From Haliotis rufescens (taxonomy: Eukaryota): 64,000 nt of DNA. Made by a program: the position numbers and the translations under genes. The notes beneath the pieces are model-generated. The model did not search any database and had not been told where the DNA came from. It saw nothing but the letters and a program-made list of their open reading frames with translations. Positions 38,475-51,615 of the stretch are shown in pieces; position 1 is the stretch's first letter, and the number at the start of each line of letters is the position of its first letter. Where the stretch lies: the NCBI RefSeq assembly GCF_023055435.1, contig NW_025963791.1, positions 11,904,001 to 11,968,000 of the forward strand, in the 5' to 3' direction.

Positions 38475-41400
38475 GCTACTACTACTATTAATACTATTTA
38501 TGCGCGTCATTCTGAATGTTTACTGAAACGTTACCCTTATCAATAAGAAAACTGCATCGAATAAGTTCATTAATTTCCTCGTTTAACTATTATTTTCCTG
38601 TAAATATTAAATGAAGGTGAAGCATCGGCTTTGCCCTCAGGAATTTGCTAGTTCTTGCATGCTAGAATTATTTTCCATTCCACTGTCACATTTGGATCTG
38701 CGCACTCCCTCCTTCTTTGTATCATTGTTTCCATTTGGTTCAATTGTAAATTTTAGTTCTGATTTCATTAATAAAAGTGATGTAAACGAGATGTTTCTTG
38801 TGGCCTCACTGCGTATACATTTTACAGCTAATATCTCATATCTGTACATACTGAGTGAGCGAGTGAGTGAGTCTTGTTTAACGCCGCTTTGAACAGTAAC
38901 TTTTGTCTCGAACTAGGAAGTGATGGATCACAGTCCAGTCCCGACACTCTCTTATTTGATTTATAACTATTTAATCCGGATGTGTCGAATTGGCTTTGGT
39001 TTCAAACATAACATGTACCCCTTCTGAAGTGCCCTCTTGTTATTTGGCGACCGACTGCCTCTGTTGTCTAGTGGTAGAGCGCCTGCCCTGTCAGCNNNNN
39101 NNNNNNNNNNNNNNNNNNNNNNNNNNNNNNNNNNNNNNNNNNNNNNNNNNNNNNNNNNNNNNNNNNNNNNNNNNNNNNNNNNNNNNNNNNNNNNNNNNNN
39201 NNNNNNNNNNNNNNNNNNNNNNNNNNNNNNNNNNNNNNNNNNNNNNNNNNNNNNNNNNNNNNNNNNNNNNNNNNNNNNNNNNNNNNCAATCGCACACACG
39301 CGCCATAAACGAGACAAGGCGATGTTGAATCCTTGAGAGGCAACAGGTTGTAGGTTGTGCGGTCCCTGAATGATCCAAGCACTCTTTCGAGTCGGTCTCC
39401 AATAAGCCTTTTGCTCGAGTCCATCGCATGCGGTTCTTGAGCAAGTTTCCAGCACTCCGTCCTCGTCGACAAGGTCCGTCCTCTGTGGCTCCTGTCTCCA
39501 ATGCGCCTTGCTTGTTGACCGTGTCCCATGTGGTTCCTGGGAACATCCCCAGTACAGTGTCCTTCGCATGCGGTTCTTGAGCAAGTTTCCAGCACTCCGT
39601 CCTCGTCGACAAGGTCCGTCCTCTGTGGCTCCTGTCTCCAATGCGCCTTGCTTGTTGACCGTGTCCAATGCGGTTCTGGTCTTCTGTTGTCCTGGCGTTA
39701 CTCGTCGAGAGAGACCACAAAATGAGAATCGGATGGACAGGCAGGATAAGCTTACCCTTTTAGCGAACACCTGGTGTCATCACTGATTTTCAAGGATCAA
39801 CACATATAATTTTCATCACTGGTTTGCCTTCTACACCAAATGAAGTAGATAATCGAAAATGATTTTCTCTCATACGTGGCATTACCCCGGCAGAACGTAT
39901 GCTTGTCGTAAGAGGCGACCAAATGGATCGCGTGGTCGGGTCCATGATCCATGGGTCCATGATGCCAATAACCAGACTGTCTGGCTCAGACTCCAAGAGA
40001 CCTTGTTGATTGTGTACCAATCATTTGGCCTGGCCAAGAACCTGNNNNNNNNNNNNNNNNNNNNNNNNNNNNNNNNNNNNNNNNNNNNNNNNNNNNNNNN
40101 NNNNNNNNNNNNNNNNNNNNNNNNNNNNNNNNNNNNNNNNNNNNNNNNNNNNNNNNNNNNNNNNNNNNNNNNNNNNNNNNNNNNNNNNNNNNNNNNNNNN
40201 NNNNNNNNNNNNNNNNNNNNNNNNNNNNNNNNNNNNNNNGCAGGTTCTTGGCCAGGCCAAATGATTGGTACACAATCAACAAGGTCTCTTGGAGTCTGAG
40301 CCAGACAGTCTGGTTATTGGCATCATGGACCCATGGATCATGGACCCGACCACGCGATCCATTTGGTCGCCTCTTACGACAAGCATACGTTCTGCCGGGG
40401 TAATGCCACGTATGAGAGAAAATCATTTTCGATTCTATTGAAATGTATGTCATGGTGAAAAATCAAACAATGTTTTATTCCTGATATCTATCTTTAATAA
40501 CAATTGTGCCTACTCATATAACATGGTTTATATTCGACTGATATAAAATGATCATGCATACATGTTTCTTTGTACTAGCAAATATATGTTGACAGACTAG
40601 ACTATCAATCAACATGAACTCCTACATTACAGCAGGTTATGTATACTATATATACATCAGTTTGAAGCGAAACATTGTTTATCTCTTTTATGGTCCCATG
40701 CACTTATAAAATCAATAATAATTGCTATTACTGACAAAAACATTATATACATTGCATTTCAACGTTTCATTTTCCTGTATCTACACAATATACACATATA
40801 TACACATGTATGTAATAATAAATGCTGTTACTAACAAAACACTTAGATTCATAATATGCACTGTATTTCAACGTTTCATTACTATGTATGTACACAATAG
40901 GTACACAATATCTTTACTTAATAAACACATTTGACAATATACTGACCTGACAATTATTGGAGACCCGACTTCTTCTATATTGACGGACCCGACAGTTCAG
41001 TTCGCTGTTGGCTGATTACTGACACATTATGTAACTTTCAGAAATGCAGCCTCTATAATTTTGCTTTTTCTCCAGCGTCTGTCAGAGGAAATACGGTACA
41101 GGGAACTGGTGACACAGCACCGATGAAGTGGTAGAAGATTAAACAGATGGAGTACATATGTTATAATTTGTAGGCTTATCATCTCGGGAATACGGTTGAA
41201 GTGCCCTCTATGCGGTCGTGAACTCCGATCCTATTGGGCACATAAACCTTATTCCTCTAGGGATAAGCCTACAACTAAATATCTTAAGTTTATCATTATC
41301 GTGTTTCTCATTACCAAAATTTGAAAACCATTTGTGATTTATATTCAAAGAATTATGTCGCCAAATTGACAGGTCAGATCAAGCTCGGTTTTCGGCTCTG

Positions 41401-41937
41401 TAAAAATATCAGTGCTAAGATACATTATGCGACTCCGTTTTGCTGTAAGGAGCTTGAGTTGCAGAGTGAGTGAGTGAGTGAGTTCAGTTTAACGCCACTT
41501 TTAACAGTATCTCAGTTATATCGCGGTGTGTCAGCTTAATGTGGGAGGAAAGCCCGAAGTGATGCAGGTCTCAGACGTTTACCACTTCGGTGAAACCCAC
41601 GAGCACGGGTATGGTGCTGACAAACCTAGAAACATAATCGGGGCGAACCGGGACTCGAACCCACAATCATTGGTTTCTTGCGTGCCCAAGGGACGCAACT
41701 CTGCACAGCGAATCGCGGCGCCTTAGACGACTGGGCCACCCGTGCCCCCCTTGAGTTGCGGAGATTACAAAGATCAGTTGTTGCCATGTTGGTAAAGTAT
41801 AAGCTTTTCGCTGTTGATTTACGCATCCGTCGGAATGGTTCCAATGGTTCTATAAACAATACAGTCACCGGAAGGCATCGGATGTCAAATAGATTTCAGA
41901 ACAATAATGTATCAGATATATGTAATGTTCACTGGTA

Positions 41938-44570
41938 CTATGGAACAGCCTGCGACGACGAACTGATCGAATTCTGACGATGTGATCGATGTCGCAAGGC
42001 CCGCCCTATGTGTTTCCAGAAGATGTGACTGTCAGCTTCACCGTGCGGGTACTCAATATAGGAATCAGACTGCAGCATATGAAGAAACTCCGGTGGGATA
42101 TTCTTAGCGGGTACTGACTCATACATGATGATGATGATGATGTCCCTCCCACTACTGATGCTCTCCATCTGGGCCATGCGCAGTTCGTACGTGCACCAGT
42201 AACTGTTGAGAAAGTTCTGGGACAGAACCACCACCGTCTTCCTGCTCTTCTTGATGGCGCCAACGATGTTTGAAGCAATAGGCTCTCCTGGCATGAAGTC
42301 ACGGTGGTGGATGTTGAGAGTCATACTGGCATCGTGTTCCAAATGCGCTCTCATGTCATTAATGACAAACCCTCGGTCTTCATCAGCATAGGAGACAAAG
42401 GCGTCGAATGCGAACTGATCTTGCTCTTCTTCAGCGTCGTTGTCCGTCATGTAACGTAACCTTGCAGCGTAATACAGATACCTTAACTTCCATCTGTACC
42501 GATAGACGATTGCAGAAACCATCAGTGCAATAACTACGACGAAGACGGATACACATCCTAGAGCGAGTCCGAAGTTGTTTTGACACTCTGCGGTTTGCTC
42601 ATCTATCAGTTTCGCAAAGTCCGCCTTGTTCAGGATGTTTCTTCTGCTCGTGTTGGCCAGTAGACAATAGTAGCCATTCATATTATCAGGTGTTATCCCC
42701 GAAGTTAGCAGCCATTTGAGAAACGGAAGCTGATTGCAGGAACATGATAATGGATTACCTTGAAGATGTAATGTTAAGTTTGGAACCTTCGATTTAATTT
42801 CCTTGATATCATCCATGACCTTTCGTGACAACCACGATATTTGGTTGTGTGAACAGTCTATGACCTGTAGATGAATCAAGTGGTTGATTTTGGCGTTAAA
42901 GTTGTACATTCCGTTATTTGACACGTTTAAAATCTGTAAGGAATACAGATCGCGTAATACATCACCTCTCAGCCCTTTCAAATCATTATTGGAAATAACC
43001 AACTCTGTAAGTTGAGTCAGGTTTTTGAATATTTCACCCTTGGTATCTCTCTGTATCTGCCAACCAAAGAAATTATACGACATGTTCAAGGTGCGAAGAT
43101 TCAAGGAGTTTGCGAGTAATGTAGGAGACATTTTCCTGGCTAGATTATTGGATAGATCTATGTATGTAACATTATCTAGCCCTCTTATATATCCATTGTC
43201 AAAGATGACAAGATTACTGGACAGATCAAGATAGGATAGATTTGATGCTTCAAAGCGTATTTTCCCGATCTGGAACGCCATTTGTGTGAAGTTCGACACT
43301 ATCGTCTTCAGATTCGGCGGGAGTGATAAGTTGAAAAGAGGTGAAAAACGATCACTAACTGTCTCTGATTCGTACCAGACACTGCGAGATTGAAGTTCAC
43401 TTTCAAGAACATCACGTTCGTCTATCTCATCATGGAAACAATACGGTGTCTCAGACTGGGCACACGTTTGGTCATCGACAGTGTCATCGTTTGGAACATT
43501 AATTGGGTATGGTTGTCCACTTAACCAAATTTCCTCGAGTCCCGTGAGAGAAGCTAAGTCACGTAGATATTGTCCGTAGCTGAATTTATTCCTCTGGGCC
43601 GATACGAATCGTAGAGTCTTGGGCAAGAGCTCCAGCGCCTTCATCTCAATATCTACAATTTCGTTGGAATCAATGTACAGATTTTCTAGGGAGGTGTTGA
43701 AGAGGTGAACAACATGTGCCTTGCGAATTACTACACAACTAGTATGCCTTAACACGATGTGATTGGCTTTCAGGGTTGTGATGTTCGTGAACTGTAGTCC
43801 ATACGTTCCGATGCCAAATGATTGAAATGTGAGTCTAGAATTACCAGATATATCAAGCGTTCTTAGTTTCCTCAGTTGCGAAAAGGTCTCATTTTCAATG
43901 TGGATAATAAAACATTTTGATACATCCAAATATTCCAAGAAAACAGTGTTATTAAATGTAGATGCTGACAGTGTTGTTTGGTTACAAAATCCGTTTTTCC
44001 CAGAGGCGGTAAGATGAGTTAGTTTTGTAAGGTTCCTGAAGCCCGGTCCAAATTCCCCATCTGGAACGCCATTGATGAAGAGAGTTTCCAAGGATGTAAG
44101 CCGGCTCAGAGCTTCGTCGGGGTATTCAGTCATATTGTAGTTATTCAGCCAGAGCGTTTTAAGGTTGTGTAACCCTCTGAACGAATTTATCGTTAATACA
44201 GATGGCTCGATAATACTGTGGGATAAATTAAGGACTCTCAAACTGCTCATGTTTTCAAAACCATCTTCCTCGATGGCGTTTACGACATTGTAGGACAGGT
44301 CAAGATGCGTCAAATTCCGAAATCTTGCAAATTCAAAGTTGTTTATGCATGATAAATTGTTGTGGTCGAGGAGAAGAATGTTGACTCCATCTGGAATTGT
44401 AACGTTTGACAGAGACGTTAGATGTAGAGAGCTGCAGTTGACTAATTTGTTGTCATGACTGACATTACATCTTGGCCGGTCAACATTGCTGCTGCCACTT
44501 CCCGTGGCCTTGACATTCTGGTTCTCTGAGAGAACGAAAATTCCGCAGATAATGGCAGCATGGATGGTAT
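41938..44570 (-). CDS. Toll-like receptor subtype 2, copy C, exon 2
   Basis: Same length and acceptor (ct at 44571-44572 on + strand); intact LRR-TM-TIR. Confidence 0.95.
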
Positions 44571-44731
44571 CTGAAATTAGGGTTATAAAAGATGATTATT
44601 GACGTTACCAATTAATAATTCGCACGGAAAGCAGAAATTCAGGACTGACGTGGTCCTGAGTAATGAGTTTATATTGCTTATGGAATTACTTACTATAATT
44701 ATTTATTAAGTTATCTGTCCCCTATGAACGA

Positions 44732-44734
<3 letters not shown>

Positions 44735-44769
<35 letters not shown>

Positions 44770-44810
44770 CGTGCGTGTGTGTGTGTGCGTGTGTGTGTGT
44801 GTGTGTGTGT
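44735..44810. repeat. (GT)n microsatellite in the copy C intron (gapped at the same position in A and B)
   Basis: Flanks match the gap edges at 24077/24248 and 33968/34106. Confidence 0.92.
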
Positions 44811-47349
44811 TGTAAAATGGGTTCACTAGCACAAGGCATGTCATTACAGATTCCCTATAGAAGTAATGAAAGAATCTGATGGTCCTTAACTTCATTTGAG
44901 GAGCACATATGGAAATATATTTTGGAAAACTGTAATGTTGGAATTAGGGTTCAATAGTAAAAGGTTTAGTTGCTTGCAGCTCGTTTGCGATATAAATAAT
45001 GTGAGCTAAAGAAACTATTGTTTGACGAGCAATCATACTTATGAATGTTATGATGTAATATGCTTTTCCTGAATGGGGATGTACAATGCTTAACACAACC
45101 ACGTCTGCCCTGTTTCTAGTGCATTTATTTCCTCCTAGTACCCTGAAGTGATCGTGAACTGTATACGTAGATGTCGTACCCCTGTTTCCAGTGCATTTAT
45201 TTCCTAATAAACTAGTACCTTGAAGTGATCATGAACTGTACACGTAGATGTCATACCCCTGGTTCCAGTGCATTTATTTCCTAATAAACTAGTACTTTGA
45301 AGTGATCATGAACTGTATACGTAGATGACGTATCCCTGGTTCTAGTGCATTTATTCCCAAATAAACTAGTACCTTGAAGTGATCATGAGCTGTAGATGGC
45401 ATACCCTGTTTTTAGTGCATATATTTAAAAAATATCTAGTACCTTGAAGTGATCATGAGCGGTATACGTAGATGTCGTACCCCTGTTTCTTGTGCATATA
45501 TTTCCGAATTAACTACCTTGAAGTGATCACGAGCTGTAGATGGCGTGCTCCTGTTTCTAGTGTATTTATTTCCTTAATATTTTTAGAGAGCTGATTGATA
45601 CAGAGATAGCAGAGCTGTTGAAGGACAATGTCCACTTGCACAAAGCGATCTTTGCGCTACGACTATCGTAAGCCTATGTTATAGTATGGGAGTTACGATC
45701 ATCTTAGCAATAAGATCGTTTTGTGCAAGTGGGCCGGTTGGAAAGCTATCTTAAGTCTTTGAGGAATACGATAATTAATCAAACAGTTTTATCTGGAATC
45801 TACACAAAGGCCTTGGACTTTGTCATTGTCATCGTAGAAATGTTAAGCTCACATCCGTCCAGTCAAGACTGTCGTTTGATTGATTGAGATCATGCTAAAA
45901 GTAGTGAGATTCCGTAAGTGGGTCGGGGCGCACAAAAATTAAATAAGTATACAAAATTTAATTAAAAGCAATTTTTTTTATTCAAACAAGTTGACTTTGG
46001 TTTAACATGTTTAAAACTACGTAATTGGGGATAAAAACAGGGTACGTCGGAATAGTGGTTTACATACAAACACTGGCCGTCATATCAGAATAAACTTTGA
46101 ATTTTGTAGGTTTTCTGCACATGGACTATTCGTATTGAAAATGGGTGCATCTCAGTATTGGTTAAGCTGCCTTATCATGGGGTTATCATTATGCGAACCT
46201 GCACATTCGTGAGAGCAGCCAAGTGTGGCTTGTTTTATTATTCCTATATTGAGATACCACAAAGCCATAATGAACGAAACTACACCCATATATAAATGAA
46301 GTTTGAAGTGTATTCCCATGTTCAAGACCCGTGAGGATCCGGGGTAGAATAGGTCTTCAGGGTATTAATTGTATTAATAAAAGGCTTTGATCAGATACGT
46401 TGGACAGTTATATATACTTCATTCAGGAATCAAACTTGAATATTTTAGATTGCTGATATCTCAAATAATGTCATTATGGTTTGGATCTGTATGGCTTCAT
46501 GGTATCCGCTTACCACCTGCATTCAGCACATGAATGTGTGGGGGGCACGGATGGCCCAGTCGTCTAAGGCGCCGCGATTCGCTGTGCAGAGTTGCGTCCC
46601 TTGGGCACGCCAGAAACCTATGATTGTGGGTTCGAATCCCGGTTCGCCCCGATTTTGTTTCTAGGTTTGTCAGCACCATACATGTGCTCGTGGGTTTCAC
46701 CGAAGTGGTAAACGTCTTAGACCTGCATCACTTCGGGCTTTCCTCCCACATTAAGCTGACACGCCGTGATATAACTGAAATAATGTTAAAAGCGGCGTTA
46801 AACCAAACTCACTCACTCACTCACTCACATGAACTTGTTATTGGTCAGTTTGTGAAGTATACGATCCCGGTACAGTGTAAGGAAAGAGATGTTTGTAAAT
46901 TGTACTCGGGTCGTATATTGCTACAACTGACTAATAAAAAGTTCCTGTGCACTCATCATACAATATTTCCTTGCGCTTTCATGAATGTCAGTGACAAGAT
47001 GACAAGTGGGAACATATGCATCCCTCCTTCCTTCCCCCTCCTTGGAAACCTGTATCGGTTCCTAAAGCGTTAAAGCGGGGCGTGTCAATGCGAGATTGTC
47101 ATGTTGAAGGAGCAAAGGCGTCGAAGGCGCGAACAAAGATTTTTTATTTTTTTAAATAAAAATCTGCACCCACTGTTTTCAGAAAAGCTGTCTCCGCCCC
47201 TGAGATTGTTCGGTAAACTTCTGTTACATTATACATTTCTGTGTGACAATTTGTAAAATAACGGATCACTCGTTATCAACGGTACATAATTAGTACACAG
47301 GATGCATCGAATCACATCGTATTATTATGAAAAGGAAGCGAGGACTTAC

Positions 47350-47377
47350 TGAAAGCCGCCATGATGACACCAGACAT
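47350..47377 (-). CDS. TLR copy C coding exon 1
   Basis: Identical ATG..TTC A|GTAAGT micro-exon. Confidence 0.8.
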
Positions 47378-47472
47378 CCACTCCAAGCACTGGCCAGCGT
47401 CGCAAAAGTGATCTCCTCAAACAGTCACTCTTTATGTGATTGTGAGCGCGGCAACCAGGAAGAGCTATTATT

Positions 47473-47632
47473 GGGGGTTTCTGGTTTTAACTTCCTCGTG
47501 TGTGTGTACAATGGACAAACTAGCACAACCTACTTACAGCATGACGTGATTTTCTATTTCTGTGCTAGTATTCATTCGATGGGAATTTTGGAGCACATCA
47601 TCCCTGCATGAAAGAAGAGGGGGAATGTTTCC
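47473..47632 (-). promoter_or_regulatory. Putative proximal promoter of TLR copy C with NF-kB-like, ETS-like and CRE-like motifs
   Basis: GGGGGTTTCT 47473-47482, ACTTCCT 47490-47496, TGACGTGA 47542-47549, GGGAATTTTG 47581-47590, GGGAATGTTTCC 47621-47632. All lie 100-260 bp upstream of the exon 1 ATG. The motifs are degenerate. Confidence 0.35.
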
Positions 47633-47970
47633 AATTGCTAATGTGTGATTAAGGAACTTATTGGTCTACGGCTCCGCTATTTGCTCTTCAGAGTTGCCTC
47701 CCTTAGGCGTGCGAGGATTCAAAGATCGCGGATCTGAATTCCTTATTCGTCCTGACTGTGAGCCTTGGTTTGTAGGCATTGGACTCGCGCTCGTGGGTTT
47801 CATCAGAATGGTAAACATTTGACATTGTTTATTTCCATAAAAAACACACTGACGGTGGTACACATTACGAGAGTACACATTAGAATCCTTTAAGTATACA
47901 AGAGACAAATCTGCTGAGGTTTCGCAGTCCTGAGACTTTAGGGGTACAAAATAGTTGTTGTAGTTTATGG

Positions 47971-47973
<3 letters not shown>

Positions 47974-48044
<71 letters not shown>

Positions 48045-48408
48045 ATAAGTGGAGTAATTTTGAACGCAGTCTCAGTATTGGCTAGATCAACTCGTACCAC
48101 GTTACCACGGACCGTTATTCGGAATATATAAAAAAGTGTAATGAAAACTTTAACTTATAGTGTAGTCCTAGCCGACGCATAACAATAGTATTTGTGGCGT
48201 CATAATGCCTAATATGATGTAACAGTGACAATAGAGGGAGAAGTAAAACGTAGTCCTACGCGACAGCAAACGTTATGCTTTTGACGTCATAAAGCATATG
48301 ACATCATAGCTAGCTATAGTGATAATAGTGGGAAGTCCATTCGTAAGTATACACACACACACACACACACAAACACACAAACACACACACACACACACAC
48401 ACACACTG
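47974..48408. repeat. (GA)n 47974-48039 and (CA)n 48351-48407 microsatellites
   Basis: Direct reading. Confidence 0.93.
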
Positions 48409-49820
48409 AGTTAGAAGACAAAGGTATACATAAGAACGACACGTGAGAGTCTGACTACAGACAAAGGTACATATGCGAAAGACACTTGAATGTCCAACTG
48501 TGTAGACAAGGGTAAACCTGGATGACACCCAGGTGTCTGACTGTATAGGCAAAGGTACATGAGTCCTTGTTGTTAATATGTGGAGAAAAAGGTATATCGG
48601 AATGAACCCTACATGCGGGTGTTGACTATTCCAGAAAACAATGTACCACCAGTTTGTTTTAATGATGTTTTACGACATACATAGGAACCTGATGATTTCA
48701 CAGTGAAATCCACATGTAAACGGAGACAAATACAACTAAATCCTGCAAAACCAAAAACTATTATACTGAGATATTCTCCTAAAAAATGATATTTTGTAAC
48801 ATTAGTGGAAGTAAAAATAGAATGCGATCGTGTTATCAGATGTTAATTTTTCCTCGTGTCGATTTTTGTGACGGGTACCCTGTTTTATTGTTCATAACAT
48901 GTAGCGTAATGGCGTGACTTCATGATGTAAAGGCGGCAATTTGATTGGATAGCCTGCTCCGGGGGTCACAGGGAAGTAATACATCCCATTTGGTTCATTG
49001 GACGGGGAGAGGCGTGAGTGGGACACGGGGAAGTACCGTTAAATGAGTTTCGACAGAGCAGAGAGTAAAAGTGTGCAACATAATGCGGTTATCGATACTG
49101 AATATGAGTTTTTTGTGCTTTCGGATCAAACAAATGTGAAGATATTGTTTCTCTAGTCCATGTCCGTACTTTGTATAACAGAAAATTAAATCACAGGAAT
49201 TCGTGTACCAAACGAATTTATAATTTATTATACGTGAAAGTGTACATAGGTGTTCGGTATTATAAAGGCCTGACATTTGGCAAATACGATTACGTGTTAT
49301 AACTATCTGTGTACCAGGGTGTTACATGGGTACGAGTGGGACTATAACTGATACATGAGTATAGCGCGACCGTAGGTCCATATCCCCGAGGAATACACAA
49401 TACACAAGCAAACACAGATACGCACATTCACGCACGCACGCGCTCACACGTGTAAACGCAATCTCACTCACATGAGCACCCATCGTGTAATCGTCTGATC
49501 ATAGGTTTTCGGACATCATACGTTTTCCGACGATTACTTGCTCTAAACCAAGGGGTGTGACGTAACACAGACATAGTAAATATTCCGATGATAACCTGTT
49601 TATAAGATAAAGTCGTCTTTGATTAAATGAGTTAGATGTTTTACAGTTGTTCTTCTGATTAAATTACAAATATTTGTCAAGCATCCGAAAACGTTATATA
49701 AAGTTATATATAATATTTGTAACAAACTCAAATTCGGTTATTATGACGATGACTTGATGAATACAATAGCCCAGTGCCTCAACTGAAAATCTTGCAAAGT
49801 CATCTATTCAGGAAATATTA

Positions 49821-50151
49821 CCGTATTCGACGTTATAAGCGCCACGCTCTAATAAGCGCCCACGGCGATATTTGCTAATATATTGGCTAGTGAACAATTC
49901 CAATTGGCACCCCTTCCGATTGATCAATGTACACAAGACTTATTTATTCATGTATAATACGCACTCGTGTGTTATATGCACCCTTTATTATGGGCAAATA
50001 AATTCTGGAAAAATATATCTGTCGTATATAAACATTTCAGGCTGTCAGCATAAACCACGAAATTTATCTTTTAACTCAAAATAATATTCTAATAAGAGCC
50101 CCCTATTTGTAATTTTGAGGGCGTCCTGGGCGCTTATTACGTCGAATACGG
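49821..50151. mobile_element. Tc1/mariner-pogo-type MITE (331 bp)
   Basis: 23-bp TIRs CCGTATTCGACGT(T/A)ATAAGCGCC with 1 mismatch, TA on both sides, no coding capacity. Confidence 0.85.
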
Positions 50152-51356
50152 TATCCTCGAGTTGTGATGCGTGTAGACATGTGGTGAATCAAACCCGGGT
50201 CTTCGGTGTGACAAGCTAACACGTGGTCCACTGGGCTCCTCTAACGCGACATTTCTGGGTATAAACTGCCGCCAATACAAGCAAATTTAAATTGTTATCG
50301 TCAAACTTGACTTTCACTGCTTGAACCAAATGGGGTAAAAATCCGTCAATAGGTCGAAATAGGTCGCGAAAATAAAAGTGTTAGTAAGAAAGCATGAGAG
50401 AATGGCGCGACGAATAAAGAATGAAAGAAATGTGTTATATGAGTTGTTTCTACTTTCTAATTGTTTAAAAATATATATTAAATTTTATTTTATGTTTGTG
50501 AAATCTTGGCTCGATGGCTCTGTGAAACAAGTACTCAGTCCTACTACGTACCTCAGTTGCCAGTCAATTATCTTAAAGTTGTCGTGTCGCTGTCATTCCA
50601 CTTGTCAACTTGATTTTTTCCCCCTTATGGTTGCCAAGGACAAGATCTTTGTAAGTGAAACGCCGTTAATAATGACCGAAGCATGGCATAACATAGTGAA
50701 ATATCCAGGTCACCTTACCATCGTTTGCGTCAAATTTAAACATATGCCCATTTGTCTACGCGAAAATGTACTCGGTCATGAGCAATCACACTTTGTAAAA
50801 CTCTCTCGATCCTGCATATATTTGATCCAGGATTTGACAAATGGTTCGCATGACAAATATACTTCAGTACATTTACGCACGTGTCCAAAGATATGCGACC
50901 GCCTCCGTGGTTTTGTGGATAAAGCGTCTGCCAGGAGAGCGAAAGAAGGTTGGTTCGATTCCCCACCGCGTCATACCAAAAGACGTGAAAAGATGGTATC
51001 CTGTCTGGAGCTTGGCATTAAGGGGGCTATCACAAGGACTGGTCGGCTCGGAGTCAGTATACTGATCCTTAGTGGGGTATCCATGTATGTATCAAAATAA
51101 TTGAAATAACGCGGAAATAACGAAGTAAAGAGAACGGGCTCGAAATGTCGAGAAAATAACTGAAATAACGAGAAATTTCGATTAAAAAAAGGTAATGCTA
51201 CCAAAGTGGCGCCATCACCTGCAACCTATGCTTGTTTGTTGTTTAAGGCAGTCCTCGGCAATATGTCAGATGTATGACTTCCGTCTGTAAATAATCGAGT
51301 CTGGACCAGGCAATCCACGGAACAAACATGCCCAAAAATTTATTTACTCATGAAAC

Positions 51357-51615
51357 ACCGTGAAGATCCGGGGTAGTATAGGTCTCCAGCAACCAATGCT
51401 TGCCTTAAAAGGCTACTACGCGACTAACAGGATCGGGTGGTCAGGTTCGCTGACTTGGTTGATGCATGTCATCGTATCCCAATTGCGTAGATCGATGGTC
51501 ATGATGTAAATCACTAGAATGTCTGGTCCAGACTCGACTATTTACAGACCGCCGTCATATAGCTGGAATATTGCTGAGTGCGGCGTTAAGTCAAAAACAA
51601 ACAAAACAAACAAAC
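51357..51615 (+). mobile_element. SINE-like family A (with an inverted 3' fragment at 51232-51318)
   Basis: Matches consensus; only one copy of the internal 22-bp repeat. Confidence 0.8.

Larger units (their letters stand above)
16723..47895. repeat. Three tandem ~10 kb segmental duplication units (about 16723-27755, 27756-37457, 37458-47895), each with one minus-strand TLR
   Basis: Collinear, near-identical intergenic, SINE, exon and intron sequence. Offsets are 9702 (25803 vs 35505) and 10747 (31191 vs 41938). Confidence 0.92.

Noticed and set aside
38967-39770. 267-aa minus-strand ORF
   Set aside because: Spans an N gap and a direct repeat; no recognisable motif.
47532-47537. Extra upstream donor GTAAGT (minus strand) for copy C
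   Set aside because: No convincing acceptor between it and exon 1, and it is absent in A and B.
50378-51100. 240-aa ORF
   Set aside because: GTG start, no recognisable domain, and its 3' part is a SINE D fragment.
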